Source: an uncultured Phycisphaerales bacterium (lineage in GTDB: Bacteria; Planctomycetota; Phycisphaerae; Sedimentisphaerales; Anaerobacaceae). From it: a stretch of DNA of 64,000 bases. Below the pieces are notes generated by a model. That model searched no databases. It worked only from the letters and a program-made list of their open reading frames with translations, and had not been told where the DNA came from. The DNA is taken from positions 288,001 to 352,000 of the forward strand of contig CAVYYI010000001.1 in the NCBI GenBank assembly GCA_963772725.1, read 5' to 3'. The position numbers and the translations under genes are program-made. Below are positions 8,782 through 20,500 of this stretch, one piece after another. The number at the start of each line of letters is the position of its first letter. Position 1 is the stretch's first letter.

Positions 8782-10856
8782 GATTACAGCAAATTGGTCT
8801 GATGTTGAGTATTTGTTTTGCTGGAATAGTTTTCGCCGCAACAGATAAGGCCGGCAGCGTAATAGATTTTTCTTCTTTGCCGCAAAGCGGGGTAAAAATC
8901 ATTGAGAGATTCGAGGGTGTTCCCGATAAGGACGGTATATTGGGACAGTACGAACTAATAGTGCCGGAATTTCAGCATGGGTGTTACTTCTCGGATAGAA
9001 AATCTGCGAACTCATGGTATGGCGGCGGCAATCAGATTGCACCACATGCTTTCAGTGATAATTTCGGTGAGCTTTGCGAAAAGAAATACGAATACAGGGG
9101 CGCTTTTGTGATATTAGAGCTAAAAAAAGGAGGTTATCTGGCAATTGTGCCGATGGCCGGCGCAAAAACAATGGCGTGGTTAAAAACGCCGGAGAAAAAT
9201 AAATTAACTCTTCTGTTTGGTACGCTCGGGACAAAAGGGGTTTCCTGCGATGTGCCTTTGTTAGCGTGGGCGAAATCGGATGATGTATATACAGCATGCA
9301 GGCAGGCCTGGGCAGAGGCTGTTACCTGTAAATTGATTGAGGGCAGAACAAATTTTCGATACAAAAAAGATTATCCCGAATGTTTTAAGTATTTAGGCTG
9401 GTGCACCTGGGAGGAATACAAGAAGGATATAAGCGAATCATTGTTGACTGATGCCGTAGAAAAGATTGAAAAATCCGGACTGCCTATTCGTTATATTCTA
9501 ATCGATGATGGTCATCAGACTCAGGAAAACGACAGGCTGAAAAGCTTTACTCCGGACAGGAAAAAATTTCCTAACGGTTGGGCTCCAGTGCTGAATCTTA
9601 GAAAACCGGATAAAATTCGCTGGATAGGGCTTTGGCATTCTTTCGGCGGTCTTCAGGAAACTATTCATTATGAAAATGATTTCGGCAGCTTAAATGAGCA
9701 TCTGATGAAGGTAAAAGGCTCCAAAGACAGCAACGGCCTTTTGCCGAAAAATAATCCAGAATCTTCTCAGGCTTTTTATGATGCACTTATCGGCTCGGTC
9801 AAGAAATTCGGATTTGACTTTGTAAAGATTGATTTCCAGATGAGAGACCTCGCATGGCGCCTCGGTACCGATAATGCAGTCGAGGCCTCTGCTAACTGCT
9901 CGCAGTCGCTTGAGACTGCCGTTAAGCGTGATTTTGGCTCTGCTATGATTAACTGCATGGCTCATAACTCTGTCTGTATTTTCAATACCCGTTACAGCAA
10001 TATTATGCGGTGCAGCATGGATTATAAAGTTGGTAATGCGCCAAAAGGAAGGAATCACCTCTGGCAGTCTTATGGCAACACGCCGTGGCAATGCCAGACT
10101 GTATGGAGCGACCACGATATGTTCCATTCCTGCGACCCTTATTGCGGCAGGATGATGGCTGTTTCAAAGGCAATGTCGGGCGGCCCCGTGTATATGTCAG
10201 ATGCCCCTGAAAAATTTGTTGCTGAATATATTCGTCCATTGTGTTATGGCGATGGTGAACTGCTGCGACCGCTGGCTCCCGCCGGCCCGTTACCGGAATC
10301 TATTTTTGTAAATCCGCTCAAAGAATTAGTTCCTTATCGTGTGATAGCGCCGGCTGGGACTGATTCGGCTGCCGTAGTGGTATATAATCTTTATGATTCT
10401 AATTCGGATACCGTGGTGAAAGGTTTTATCCGCCCGTCCGATTACCAGTACGCAAGCGATATGATTCAGCCATATCCCGGCAAATGGCAAATGTCCTCCG
10501 AGGGCCTGATTATTTATGACTGGTACTCCGGCAAAGCTGAAAAACTCGGTAATGAGTATTCATTTGAGCTGAAGGGATTTAGCGACCGTCTGCCTGCATT
10601 CGTGCCTGTTCGTAATGGATGGGCGGTCATCGGTCGCACCGACAAGTATCTTTCCCCGGCCGCGGTGGAAGTTACAAAAAATATCGCTTCCGAACTGACA
10701 CTTCGAATGGCTGAATCGGGCCAGCTTGCCATCTGGTGCGAAAAAGGGAAACCGTCCGCGGATGGAGTTACCTTTATAGATATGGGAAGCGGCTTATTTA
10801 AAGCAAATATCCCTGTGGGTGAACGTAACAAAATTATAACAATACATCGAATCTAA
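8778..10856 (+). CDS. Sip1/raffinose-synthase-type alpha-galactosidase (GH36)
   Basis: Motifs LGWCTWE, ILIDDGHQ, KFPNGW, FVKIDFQ, RCSMDY, DHDMFHS and SGGPVYMSDAP; signal peptide; 4-bp overlap with the upstream stop. Confidence 0.88.
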   Translation: MRLQQIGLMLSICFAGIVFAATDKAGSVIDFSSLPQSGVKIIERFEGVPDKDGILGQYELIVPEFQHGCYFSDRKSANSWYGGGNQIAPHAFSDNFGELCEKKYEYRGAFVILELKKGGYLAIVPMAGAKTMAWLKTPEKNKLTLLFGTLGTKGVSCDVPLLAWAKSDDVYTACRQAWAEAVTCKLIEGRTNFRYKKDYPECFKYLGWCTWEEYKKDISESLLTDAVEKIEKSGLPIRYILIDDGHQTQENDRLKSFTPDRKKFPNGWAPVLNLRKPDKIRWIGLWHSFGGLQETIHYENDFGSLNEHLMKVKGSKDSNGLLPKNNPESSQAFYDALIGSVKKFGFDFVKIDFQMRDLAWRLGTDNAVEASANCSQSLETAVKRDFGSAMINCMAHNSVCIFNTRYSNIMRCSMDYKVGNAPKGRNHLWQSYGNTPWQCQTVWSDHDMFHSCDPYCGRMMAVSKAMSGGPVYMSDAPEKFVAEYIRPLCYGDGELLRPLAPAGPLPESIFVNPLKELVPYRVIAPAGTDSAAVVVYNLYDSNSDTVVKGFIRPSDYQYASDMIQPYPGKWQMSSEGLIIYDWYSGKAEKLGNEYSFELKGFSDRLPAFVPVRNGWAVIGRTDKYLSPAAVEVTKNIASELTLRMAESGQLAIWCEKGKPSADGVTFIDMGSGLFKANIPVGERNKIITIHRI

Positions 10857-10895
10857 ATTGACCAATATTATTTTTTTAACAAAAGGAGAAAACGT

Positions 10896-13232
10896 ATGCC
10901 GTCGAAACATTTTGAACATGATTTATCTGGAATTAAATATTTCATATTGTTAGCGATAACGGTTATCGCAGGGACAACTTATGGCAGCCAGTGGCAATTG
11001 TGGTATCAGCAGCCCGCCAAAGAATGGGTAGAGGCACTGCCTGTCGGCAATGGCCGGCTCGGAACAATGATATTTGGCGGTATCGAATCTGAGCGTCTTC
11101 AGTTGAATGAAAATACCGTCTGGTCCGGCGACCAGAATAATTTCGACTGTGTCGGTGCGTATAAATTTCTTCCACAGGCAAGACAACTTCTCTTTGACGG
11201 CAAATATACAGAGGCTCGAAAGCTCGTTGATAAGGAGTTTCTGGGTGAACGGCCAATGTATTATTATCAGCCCCTCGGCGATATTAATCTAAAGTTCAAG
11301 ACAAGTAAAAATGTAACTAATTATCGAAGGACTCTCGACCTTGATACCGCTGTTGCAACGGTAAGTTATTCAGACGGCGATGCGAATTTTACCCGTGAAG
11401 TTTTTGCAAGTTATCCCGGCCAGGTTATTGTTACTCATCTGACCTGCAGTAAGCCGGGTCGTATTTCTGCGGACATCAGTTTGAGTCGAATTGCCGATGC
11501 GGAATCAACTGCAATATCCGATGATACAATCGCCTTGCGGGGGCAGGTTGACCGCGGTAAATCCACAGAAGGAGTAAAATTCGAAGCACGTCTAAAAACA
11601 ATATCAGTAGGGGGGAAAATTACCAAAAGTGGAAACGGTCTTATAGTTGAAAACGCTGATGAGGTTACACTTATTTTGGCGGCAGCAACGAGTTATAATA
11701 ACAAAATCCCTGCAAGCATCTGCGAAAACCAGCTTGCTTCTGCATCAGAAAAATCGTTCAGTGATTTACAAAAAGCTCATATAACGGATTATCAGAAATT
11801 GTTCCGGCGGGTTGATATTAATCTCGGGAAAACAAATGCTGCTAATTTTCCGACAGATAAGCGTCTTGAATTGGCCCAAAAAAGCGATGGGGATGAAGCC
11901 CTTGCGGCATTGTATTTTCAGTATGGCAGGTATCTTCTTATAAGTTCGTCACGTCCTGGCTGTCTGCCTGCGAATCTTCAGGGAATATGGAATGCCGAAA
12001 TTAAACCGCCGTGGTTTTGCGGTTTTCATTTCGATATTAATTTCCAGATGAACTACTGGCCTGCAGAGGTCTGCAACCTATCTGAATGTCATCAGCCGTA
12101 CTTCGATTTGCTGGAAAAACTCCGTGTTAACGGCCGTAAAACGGCAAAGAATGTCTATAATTGCAGCGGATTCTTTACATCGCACAGAACTACGCCGGCG
12201 CTGTTCACAAGTACAATCAAGGGCCTGGATATCTGGCCGCCTTCGGTGGGATGGCTTTGTCAGGACTTTTGGGAGCATTACCAGTTTACCGGTGATAGGG
12301 AATTTCTCCAAAAGCATGCCTATCCTGTACTGAAAGAAGCCGCCGAATTTTATCTCGACTGGCTTGTTGAAAATCCAAAGACTGGAAAGCTTGTCAGCGG
12401 CCCATCGATTTCGCCCGAGAACCAGTTCTTTATACCTGGCACTAATACAAAAACGGGTTTATCAATGGGACCGGCTATGGACCAGGAAATTATCTGGGAT
12501 TTGTTCACTAATACTCTGGAGGCTGCAGAGGTTCTTGGTATCCAGGATAATTTTGTAAAAGAAGTACAATCTGCACGCGAGCGTCTTGCCGGGCCGCAAA
12601 TAGGTTCCGACGGTCGATTACTTGAATGGGCTGAGGAATTTAAGGAAACAGAGCCGGGGCACAGGCATTTATCTCATCTTTTCGCTGTATATCCCGGCAG
12701 ACAAATAACACCGGATGGAACACCGGAACTGACCGCAGCCGCTCGTAAATCTTTGGAATACAGACTTGATTCCGGTAGCGGAAAGCACGGCTGGAGCAGG
12801 GCATGGGTCATAAATCTTTGGGCAAGATTAAAACAAGGTGACAAAGCCCGTGAAAGCATTTACGGCCTGTTTCGTCTGTCAACATATCCAAATCTTTTTG
12901 ACGGATGCTGGCATATAAACAGTAATGTTTTTCAGATTGACGGCAATTTTGGTGGCACAGCCGGCATCGCGGAAATGCTCCTGCAAAGCCATGCCGGAGA
13001 AATCAACTTGCTGCCTGCACTTCCAAAGCAATGGACCACCGGATATGTCAATGGCCTGCGGGCACGAGGCGGCTTTGAGGTGGATATATACTGGAAAAAT
13101 GGCAAACTCGATAAAGCCAATATTAAATCGATAATTGGTGGGCATTGTAAAGTTAAGTATGGCGCGAAAATAATGGAGTTTGAAACTGAGAGAGGAAAAA
13201 GTTATATGCTCGATAGCGATATGAAACTTTAA
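10896..13232 (+). CDS. GH95 family, paralog B
   Basis: Motifs [47 protein letters not shown] and [18 protein letters not shown]. Confidence 0.95.
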   Translation: MPSKHFEHDLSGIKYFILLAITVIAGTTYGSQWQLWYQQPAKEWVEALPVGNGRLGTMIFGGIESERLQLNENTVWSGDQNNFDCVGAYKFLPQARQLLFDGKYTEARKLVDKEFLGERPMYYYQPLGDINLKFKTSKNVTNYRRTLDLDTAVATVSYSDGDANFTREVFASYPGQVIVTHLTCSKPGRISADISLSRIADAESTAISDDTIALRGQVDRGKSTEGVKFEARLKTISVGGKITKSGNGLIVENADEVTLILAAATSYNNKIPASICENQLASASEKSFSDLQKAHITDYQKLFRRVDINLGKTNAANFPTDKRLELAQKSDGDEALAALYFQYGRYLLISSSRPGCLPANLQGIWNAEIKPPWFCGFHFDINFQMNYWPAEVCNLSECHQPYFDLLEKLRVNGRKTAKNVYNCSGFFTSHRTTPALFTSTIKGLDIWPPSVGWLCQDFWEHYQFTGDREFLQKHAYPVLKEAAEFYLDWLVENPKTGKLVSGPSISPENQFFIPGTNTKTGLSMGPAMDQEIIWDLFTNTLEAAEVLGIQDNFVKEVQSARERLAGPQIGSDGRLLEWAEEFKETEPGHRHLSHLFAVYPGRQITPDGTPELTAAARKSLEYRLDSGSGKHGWSRAWVINLWARLKQGDKARESIYGLFRLSTYPNLFDGCWHINSNVFQIDGNFGGTAGIAEMLLQSHAGEINLLPALPKQWTTGYVNGLRARGGFEVDIYWKNGKLDKANIKSIIGGHCKVKYGAKIMEFETERGKSYMLDSDMKL

Positions 13233-13255
13233 TTTTTAAAATTTAGAAAACAAAT

Positions 13256-15604
13256 ATGGGAAAAAAGATTCAGTTTTGGCAAAAGGTAATTTTGTTTCTA
13301 TTGGTTTGTGCGGTCGTCCAGTTTGCGCGAGCGGCCGAGATTTCCAATAAAAACAAGCTCTGGTCTCTTCACCCTGCCCAGGACTGGTTTGATGCAATGC
13401 CAATTGGTAATGGGCGATTAGGAGCGATGGTTTATGGGGCGGCTAAAACAGAACATCTTAAATTAAATGAGGATACGATGTGGTCTGGAAATCGTGTCGA
13501 TTTCGACAGGCCCGGAGCATATAAGTATCTCGATGAGGTAAGAAAGCTTGCCTTTGAGGGGAAATATAACGAGGCTGCGAAAATCATCGATGCGCATTTC
13601 CTGGGCGAAACACCTAAATATTACTATCAGCCGCTGGGGGATTTATATCTCGATATTTATGGCAAAGGGAAGATATCAAATTATCAGCGTGAGCTGAATC
13701 TTGAGACAGCAATAGCGCTAGTAACTTATAAAGATGGTGATGCCGTATTTAAGAGGGAGGTCTTTTCGAGTGCGCCTGACCAGGTTATTGTAATTCAATT
13801 GTCGTGTGATAAGATGGGAAAGGTGTCTTTTGAGGCAAGGCTCGAGAGAGAAATCGATGCGAGTAGTCAGGCTGTAGCTGATGATTGTATTGTATTAAAT
13901 GGACAGATTGACAAAGGCAAGGAAACTGAAAGCTATCGGTATGAAACGCGTCTAAAGGTTATTCGGCAAGGGGGAAGCATTACAAAGGCAGGGAAAACAC
14001 TGAAAGTTAAAAACGCTGATTCTGTAACAATATTGCTTGCTGCGGCGACAAGCTACAGGGGAGGCAACCCATCTGCTATTTGCGAGAAACAGTTGGAACA
14101 GGCGTCAAAAAAAACTTATGTCGAACTTCGTGATGCACATGTTAAAGATTACCAGAGATTATTTAACAGGGTAGAAATCGACCTTGGACGAAGTTTACTT
14201 GAGAATCGACCAATCGACGAACGGATAAGTTCGGTGAAGAGCGGTTATGCGGATCCGCAACTGGTGAGTCTCTTGTTTCAATTCGGCAGGTATTTATTGA
14301 TAAGTTCATCGAGGCAAGGGACGATGCCGGCGAATCTTCAGGGTATATGGAATGACAGTTTTTCTCCGCCGTGGTATGGTGGATTTCATTTTGATATAAA
14401 TGTGCAGATGAATTACTGGCTGGCTGAACTTTGTAATCTTCCGGAATGTCATGAGCCTCTTTTTGACCTTATTGAAAATGTTCGTAAAAATGGTAAGAAA
14501 ACTGCCAGAGATGTTTTTAACAGCAGGGGATTTGTCTGTGGCCATAGGACGACGATAGTATGGTTTTCAAGTTTTATCAAGGGGCTTGCGCTCTGGCCGA
14601 CAGGTTCAGGGTGGCTTTGTCAGCATCTCTGGGAACATTATCAGTTTACTCAGGATAAACAATATTTGGCAGCAAAAGCTTATCCGATAATGAAAGATGC
14701 GGCAGAATTCTTTTTGGACTGGTTGGTGGTGAATCCCAAAACTGGGGAACTGGTGAGTGTTCCGTCATATGAGCCGGAAAATATGTTTGTTTTGCCGGAC
14801 GGTTCTGGGTATGGAGGGCTTTGTGTTGCCTCAGCGATGGACCAGCAGATTATCTGGGACCTCTTTACGAACTGTATTGACGCGGCAAAAGAACTTGGTA
14901 TAGATGATGAATTTGTTAAAGAGGTCAAAATTGCTCGAACTAAATTAGCTTGGCCTAAGATAAGCTCTGGAGGTTTGCTTATGGAATGGAGCGAAGATTT
15001 TGCAGAGCGTCAGCCTGGCCGTGGACATTTTAACGGTCTTTTCGGTCTATACCCAGGAAAACAAATAACACTTGAGGATACACCTGTGTATGCGGCGGCA
15101 GCACAAAAATCACTTGAGAGAAGGATTGGTTACGGTGGGGCTAGCGGAGGCTGGCCGGCGGCATGGACCGTAAATCTATGGGCAAGATTGTATAATGGAA
15201 ACAGGGCTTTTGAAGGAATTAAAGCTATATTAAAGTCGCTCAAGTCTCCCAATTTGATGCCTTCCGGCATACGGGCTTCGACAGGAAAGCACATATACCA
15301 GATTGATGGCAATCTTGGAGTAACAGCCGGTATTGCTGAAATGCTGCTGCAAAGTCATACTGACCAGATACATCTTTTACCTGCACTGCCTGAAGCGATA
15401 TGGCCAAAAGGATATGTTAAGGGATTGAAAGCACGCGGTGGTTTTGAGGTGGATATGTACTGGCAAGGCGGCAAACTCACCAAAGCCAAAATCAAGTCGT
15501 TGACCGGCAACGACTGTAAGGTCCGTTACGGCGACAAGGCAGTTGAATTCAAGACCAAGCCGGGCGTTAGTTATGATATTGACGGTAATCTTAAGGTTAT
15601 TTAA
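13256..15604 (+). CDS. GH95 family, paralog C
   Basis: Motifs [31 protein letters not shown] and YQIDGNLG; the HRH motif is altered to RGH. Confidence 0.93.
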   Translation: MGKKIQFWQKVILFLLVCAVVQFARAAEISNKNKLWSLHPAQDWFDAMPIGNGRLGAMVYGAAKTEHLKLNEDTMWSGNRVDFDRPGAYKYLDEVRKLAFEGKYNEAAKIIDAHFLGETPKYYYQPLGDLYLDIYGKGKISNYQRELNLETAIALVTYKDGDAVFKREVFSSAPDQVIVIQLSCDKMGKVSFEARLEREIDASSQAVADDCIVLNGQIDKGKETESYRYETRLKVIRQGGSITKAGKTLKVKNADSVTILLAAATSYRGGNPSAICEKQLEQASKKTYVELRDAHVKDYQRLFNRVEIDLGRSLLENRPIDERISSVKSGYADPQLVSLLFQFGRYLLISSSRQGTMPANLQGIWNDSFSPPWYGGFHFDINVQMNYWLAELCNLPECHEPLFDLIENVRKNGKKTARDVFNSRGFVCGHRTTIVWFSSFIKGLALWPTGSGWLCQHLWEHYQFTQDKQYLAAKAYPIMKDAAEFFLDWLVVNPKTGELVSVPSYEPENMFVLPDGSGYGGLCVASAMDQQIIWDLFTNCIDAAKELGIDDEFVKEVKIARTKLAWPKISSGGLLMEWSEDFAERQPGRGHFNGLFGLYPGKQITLEDTPVYAAAAQKSLERRIGYGGASGGWPAAWTVNLWARLYNGNRAFEGIKAILKSLKSPNLMPSGIRASTGKHIYQIDGNLGVTAGIAEMLLQSHTDQIHLLPALPEAIWPKGYVKGLKARGGFEVDMYWQGGKLTKAKIKSLTGNDCKVRYGDKAVEFKTKPGVSYDIDGNLKVI

Positions 15605-15636
15605 AGGTTCCACTAAGGTTTGGAAAGGATTGGAAA

Positions 15637-18121
15637 ATAATAGCAAGAGAAAAAAAGTCAGCGTTATCGAAAGTAATTATCTGGAGTGTTGTTTGCTTTT
15701 TGACCGTGTTAGAAAAACCGGGATTTGGCGGGGAGCAGAAATTGTGGTATATGCAGCCGGCCGAAAAATGGGAAGAGGCGCTGCCCGTAGGCAATGGCAG
15801 ACTCGGAGCAATGATATTCGGCGGATTGTACAGAGAAAGAATCCAGCTAAACGAGAATAGCATTTGGTCAGGATATGCCAGGGGCAGAATGGTTAGCCCT
15901 TTAGAAGGTGAACTGCTTCGACAAAAAAGAGATCTTTTATTCAAGGGGAAATATACTGAAGCGGAAAACCTTACTCTTAGTGATATAAAAAATATGAGGA
16001 AAAAGCCGCTGCCGGAAAGCGTGATGGTTAAAGGATTGACGGATAACGCGTCAGTCTATGAAACATTAGGCAATTTGTATCTGGATTTTGGTGTGTCGAA
16101 TGACCTTGAAACAGGTTACCGAAGAGAACTCGACCTTAATACCGCTATTGCCACTACGACTTATAAGGTAAATGATGCGGTTTATACTCGTGAGGTTTTT
16201 TGCAGTTATCCTGCTCAGGTGGTGGTAGTTCGAATAAGCTGCAATAAGAAAAATAAAATTTCCTTCAATGCTATGTTACAAAGACCGGTCGATATATTAG
16301 CTAACGATGAACCGTGGAGTTGGGCTCATAGCAGATTAAAAAATGAAAAATCCCCTCAAGCAATCCCGGTAAAAATCGAGACGGTCGGCAAAGACGGTTT
16401 AAAGATGGACGGGCAAGCGACGGGCAATGGTGCCAAATTCGAATGTCTTCTTAAGGTTATAACTGAAGGTGGTAAAATAAAAACCAAATCCCAGCGAGTT
16501 TACGTCGATGGTGCGGATGCTGTTACGCTGTTGCTCTCAGCTGTTACAAACTATCACAAAGGTGAAAATTGGCAGGATGATGGTAAGAAGTATATTGAGG
16601 CCACCTCGAAGAAAGCGTATGAGAAACTCAAGGAAGCGCATATTGCTGATTACCAGCGGTTTTTCAATCGGGTAGATATTGATTTGGGCAGCACTTTTAA
16701 CGCATCGCTTCCTACTGATGAACGGCTCAGGGCTTTACAATTAGATGTGATAGACCCTCGCGGAGCTAAAGGCCTTGTTGACCGTGACCCTTCTTTATTT
16801 GCGTTGTATTTCCAATTTGGAAGATATCTGACCATTTCAACATCACGCCCGGGTGCATTGCCGCCGGGGCTTATGTTTTGGAACCCAAGTTTATTTCCAT
16901 ACGCATTTGGTACATATTATACCGATATCAATATCGAGATGAATTACTGGCCGACTGAAGTGGCAAATCTTTCAGAACTGCATACTCCCTTGTTCGATCT
17001 GAGTGAGAGCTTCCTCGAACGCAGCAAGGCAATCAGCACGCTATGCCTATGGAACAAGGGGAGCTGTTTTTCATGGATTGACAATATGGGGCCCGAAAAC
17101 ATCTTCAGGGGCATGGCAGGAGTTGGGGGGCTGGCTGGCACATCATTTCTGGGAGCATTATGCTTTTACCCAGGATAAGGAATTTCTTGAAAAGCATGCG
17201 TACCCGTTTATAAAAGATATAGCTCTGTTCTATCTTGATTTTCTTGCCGAGCATCCTGAAAAGGGCTGGCTTGTTACTGGTCCGACCTATTCACCTGAGA
17301 ATCTTTTTATTGCGCCTGATGGCAATCGGGGGCACGTAGATGTTGGTGTTACTATGAGCAATGCCATTATCCGTGAGGTATTCGGGAATTTTGTTGAAGC
17401 GAGTAAAATTCTAAATAAAGATGAGGCTATACGAGCAGAAATTGAGTCAAAATTACCTCGCCTTGCGCCTTACCAAATAGGTAAATACGGTCAGTTACAG
17501 GAATGGATAAATGATTACAATGAGTATGAACCTTCGCATCGTCATCTCTCGCCTTTGTATCCCCTGTATCCGGGCAGCCAGATTACACCGGAAAAAACGC
17601 CCGAACTCGCAAAGGCCGCGGAAGCTTTGGTCAAACGAAGAATTGCTTACGGCAGCGGTTGGCCCGGCTGGAGCAGGGCATGGTTGGTGAATCTCGCTGC
17701 AAGGCTCGAAGACGGTGAACTTGCCCATAAGCAGGTAACCCTCTTGCTGCAGGATAACACTTTACCAAATCTATTTGACACTCACCCCCAGCATGGTGCT
17801 AACACTTTTGTTTTTCAAATTGAAGGAAATTTCGGCGGCACTGCAGGCATAGCTGAGATGCTGCTGCAAAGTCATACCGGTGAAATTAACTTGTTACCGG
17901 CGCTTCCTAAAGAATGGCCTTCTGGATTTGTCAAAGGTCTGCGGGCACGAGGCGGCTTCGAAGTAGATATTTGCTGGAAAAATGGTAAACTTTCTAACGC
18001 CAAGGTCAAGTCAACTGTCGGAGGTGTGTGTAAAGTTCGGTATGGCGAAAATGTAATCGAGTTTAAGTCTGAGCCGGGTAAGAGCTATGAGCTGAACGAT
18101 AAACTTGAAAAACAGGAATAG
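15637..18121 (+). pseudogene. GH95 family, paralog D, interrupted by a +1 frameshift near 17029-17035 (real or assembly error)
   Basis: ORF 15700..17178 (N-half) and ORF 17003..18121 (C-half) join as ...[13 protein letters not shown] if one base is removed. A signal peptide continues in frame upstream of 15700 to ATA 15637, 7 nt after AAGGA. Confidence 0.85.
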
Positions 18122-20477
18122 AACAGTGTTATCAAAAAAGAAAAAACTTAGTTTTCTAACCGCATTAGTATTATTTTTTTTGATTTATACGCAGGTCATA
18201 CCGCCTGCGGCGATTGCCGGTGATTTGAAGATTTGGATGCGCCAGCCGGCTGATGATCGGACAAAGGCTTTGCCGATAGGTAACGGCAGGCTCGGAGCAA
18301 TGGTATTCGGCGGTATCCGGCAGGAACATCTTTCGTTAAATGACGACACAATGTGGTCGGGTCGGTCCAGATTTTATGGTAAACTCGGAGCCTACAAATA
18401 CTTTCCTGAGGTCAGAAGACTTTTATTTGAGGGCAGGTTCATTGAAGCAGAAACGATAACGGATGAAAAAATTCTGGGCGAACGGCCAATGAACAGCTAT
18501 CAAGTCCTTGGTGATCTTTTTCTGAATTTCGAGGCGGACTCGCACGTCTCTGATTATACCAGAGAGCTTGATATTGAAAAATCGCTTGTAACAGTAAGCT
18601 ATCGTGTGGGCGATGCTGTATTCAAAAGAGAAATTTTTTCTAGTAATCCTGACCAGGTAATCGTTATTCGGCTCTCATGCAATAAACCAGGCAGGATTAA
18701 TTTTCAGGCACAGATGAGCCGAATAGCCGATGCAGAAGCCCAAGCCATTGCCTCAGACTATATGGTGCTCACCGGCCAGGTGGACAAAGCTAAATCCACC
18801 GAAGGTGTAAAATTCCAGGTGCATTTAAAGGTGATTGCTGATGGCGGTAAGGTAGAGGCAGCAGGAAAAGGTTTGAAGGTCGTTTGCGCTGACGCGGTCA
18901 CATTGCTTCTGGCATCTGCAACAAGTTACAGGCACAAAAATCCGCAAGAAGTATGCAGACAGCAAATTGAAGATGCAGCAAAGAAATCTTACCGGCAGCT
19001 TCTTGAAAGACACATAGAGGATTATCAAAATCTATTTAAGCGTGTCGAGATAAATTTTGGCGCGAGCCAGTCAACATCCCTTCCAACTGATCAACGACAA
19101 ATGATGTTTGCTGAAGGTGAATATGACCCGCAGTTATTGGAAATTTATTATCAATACGGAAGGTATCTGCTGATAAGTTCATCGAGGCCTGGCACTATGC
19201 CGGCGAATCTTGTAGGTATTTGGACAGACCAGTTGGCTCCAGCCTGGTTCGGAGGCTACCACTTTAATATGTATGATATACAGCGAAATTACTGGCCTGC
19301 TGAAGTGACGGGGCTGCCTGAATGCATGGAGCCTCTTTTCGATTTGATTGAAAATCTCCGCAAAGATGGCCATATAACCGCTCACGAAGTTTATAATTGC
19401 CGTGGATGGACCGCTGCCCATAGAACCGACGGCTGGTGGTTCACGAGTCCTGTCCATGGTCTGACTATCTGGCCGACGGGAGGGGCGCTTCTTTGTTGAG
19501 ATTTATGGGAACATTACCTTTACTCGGGCGATAGGAAATTTTTGGCAGAACGTGCTTGGCCAACAATGAAAGAAGCCGCTGAATTTCATCTCGACTGGCT
19601 TGTCGAAAATCCCAAAACAGGCAAACTGGTAAGCGGTCCATCCCATTCACCTGAAAACCAGTTCATCACTCCAGATGGCCAAAAGGCTTCGTTAATTATG
19701 GGTCCCGCAATGGACCAACAGATAATCTGGGAACTTTTCACAAACTGCCTTGAAGCCGCAAAAATTCTTGGTATCGAAGATAATTTTATCAAAGAAGTTA
19801 GAGATAAACGCAGTCGAATGGATAGAGGCTTAAACATCGGTTCGGATGGTCGGCTGATGGAATGGCCGGAGGAATATAAAGAAACCGAAATTCATCACAG
19901 GCATATCTCGCATCTATTTGCCCTGCACCCAAGCTATCAAATTATGCCGCGCGAGAATCCCAAGTTGGCAGCGGCCGCCCGGAAATCAATTGAAGTTCGC
20001 GGTAACAGTATAGAGCTTGACGGAAAGCTCATTGAGTGGGGAGGATCAATCAAATGCAGCTTGTTGGCTAGACTACAGGAAGCTGAAAAGGCTCACAATT
20101 CGCTGCTGGTATCGCTAAGAAATAACATCCCCGCCAATCTTCTTTCTATCCACCCGCGACAGAATAGTTTCTTTTTTGTGGCGGCGGATACTCCGGGCAA
20201 CACAGCAGCAATGACAGAAATGCTTCTGCAAAGCCATGCCGGCGAAATCAGTTTGCTGCCTGCTCTTCCGAAAGAATGGGTCAGAGGGTACGTCAAAGGC
20301 CTGCGAGCACGCGGCGGCTTCGAAGTGGCTATTTACTGGAAAAATGGCAAGCTCGATAAAGCCAATATCAAATCCTTAATTGGTGGACATTGTAAAGTTA
20401 GATATGGTGCGAAGGCCATGGAATTTGAAACTGAAAAAGGCAAAAGTTATATACTTGATAGCGATTTGAAGCTTTAA
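18105..20477 (+). pseudogene. GH95 family, paralog E, with a single in-frame TGA at 19497-19499
   Basis: ORFs 18105..19499 and 19542..20477 are in the same frame. Read-through gives LLC*DLWEHYLYSGDRKFLAERAW, matching WLCRHLWEHYLFTGDRKFL of paralog G. Confidence 0.88.
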
Positions 20478-20500
20478 TGTTTAAAATTGAAGAAATGATT

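Noticed and set aside
19497..19499. Alternative genetic code (TGA as sense)
   Set aside because: TGA ends several intact genes (3220, 8781, 43218, 60780, 61559) and Trp is encoded by TGG throughout.
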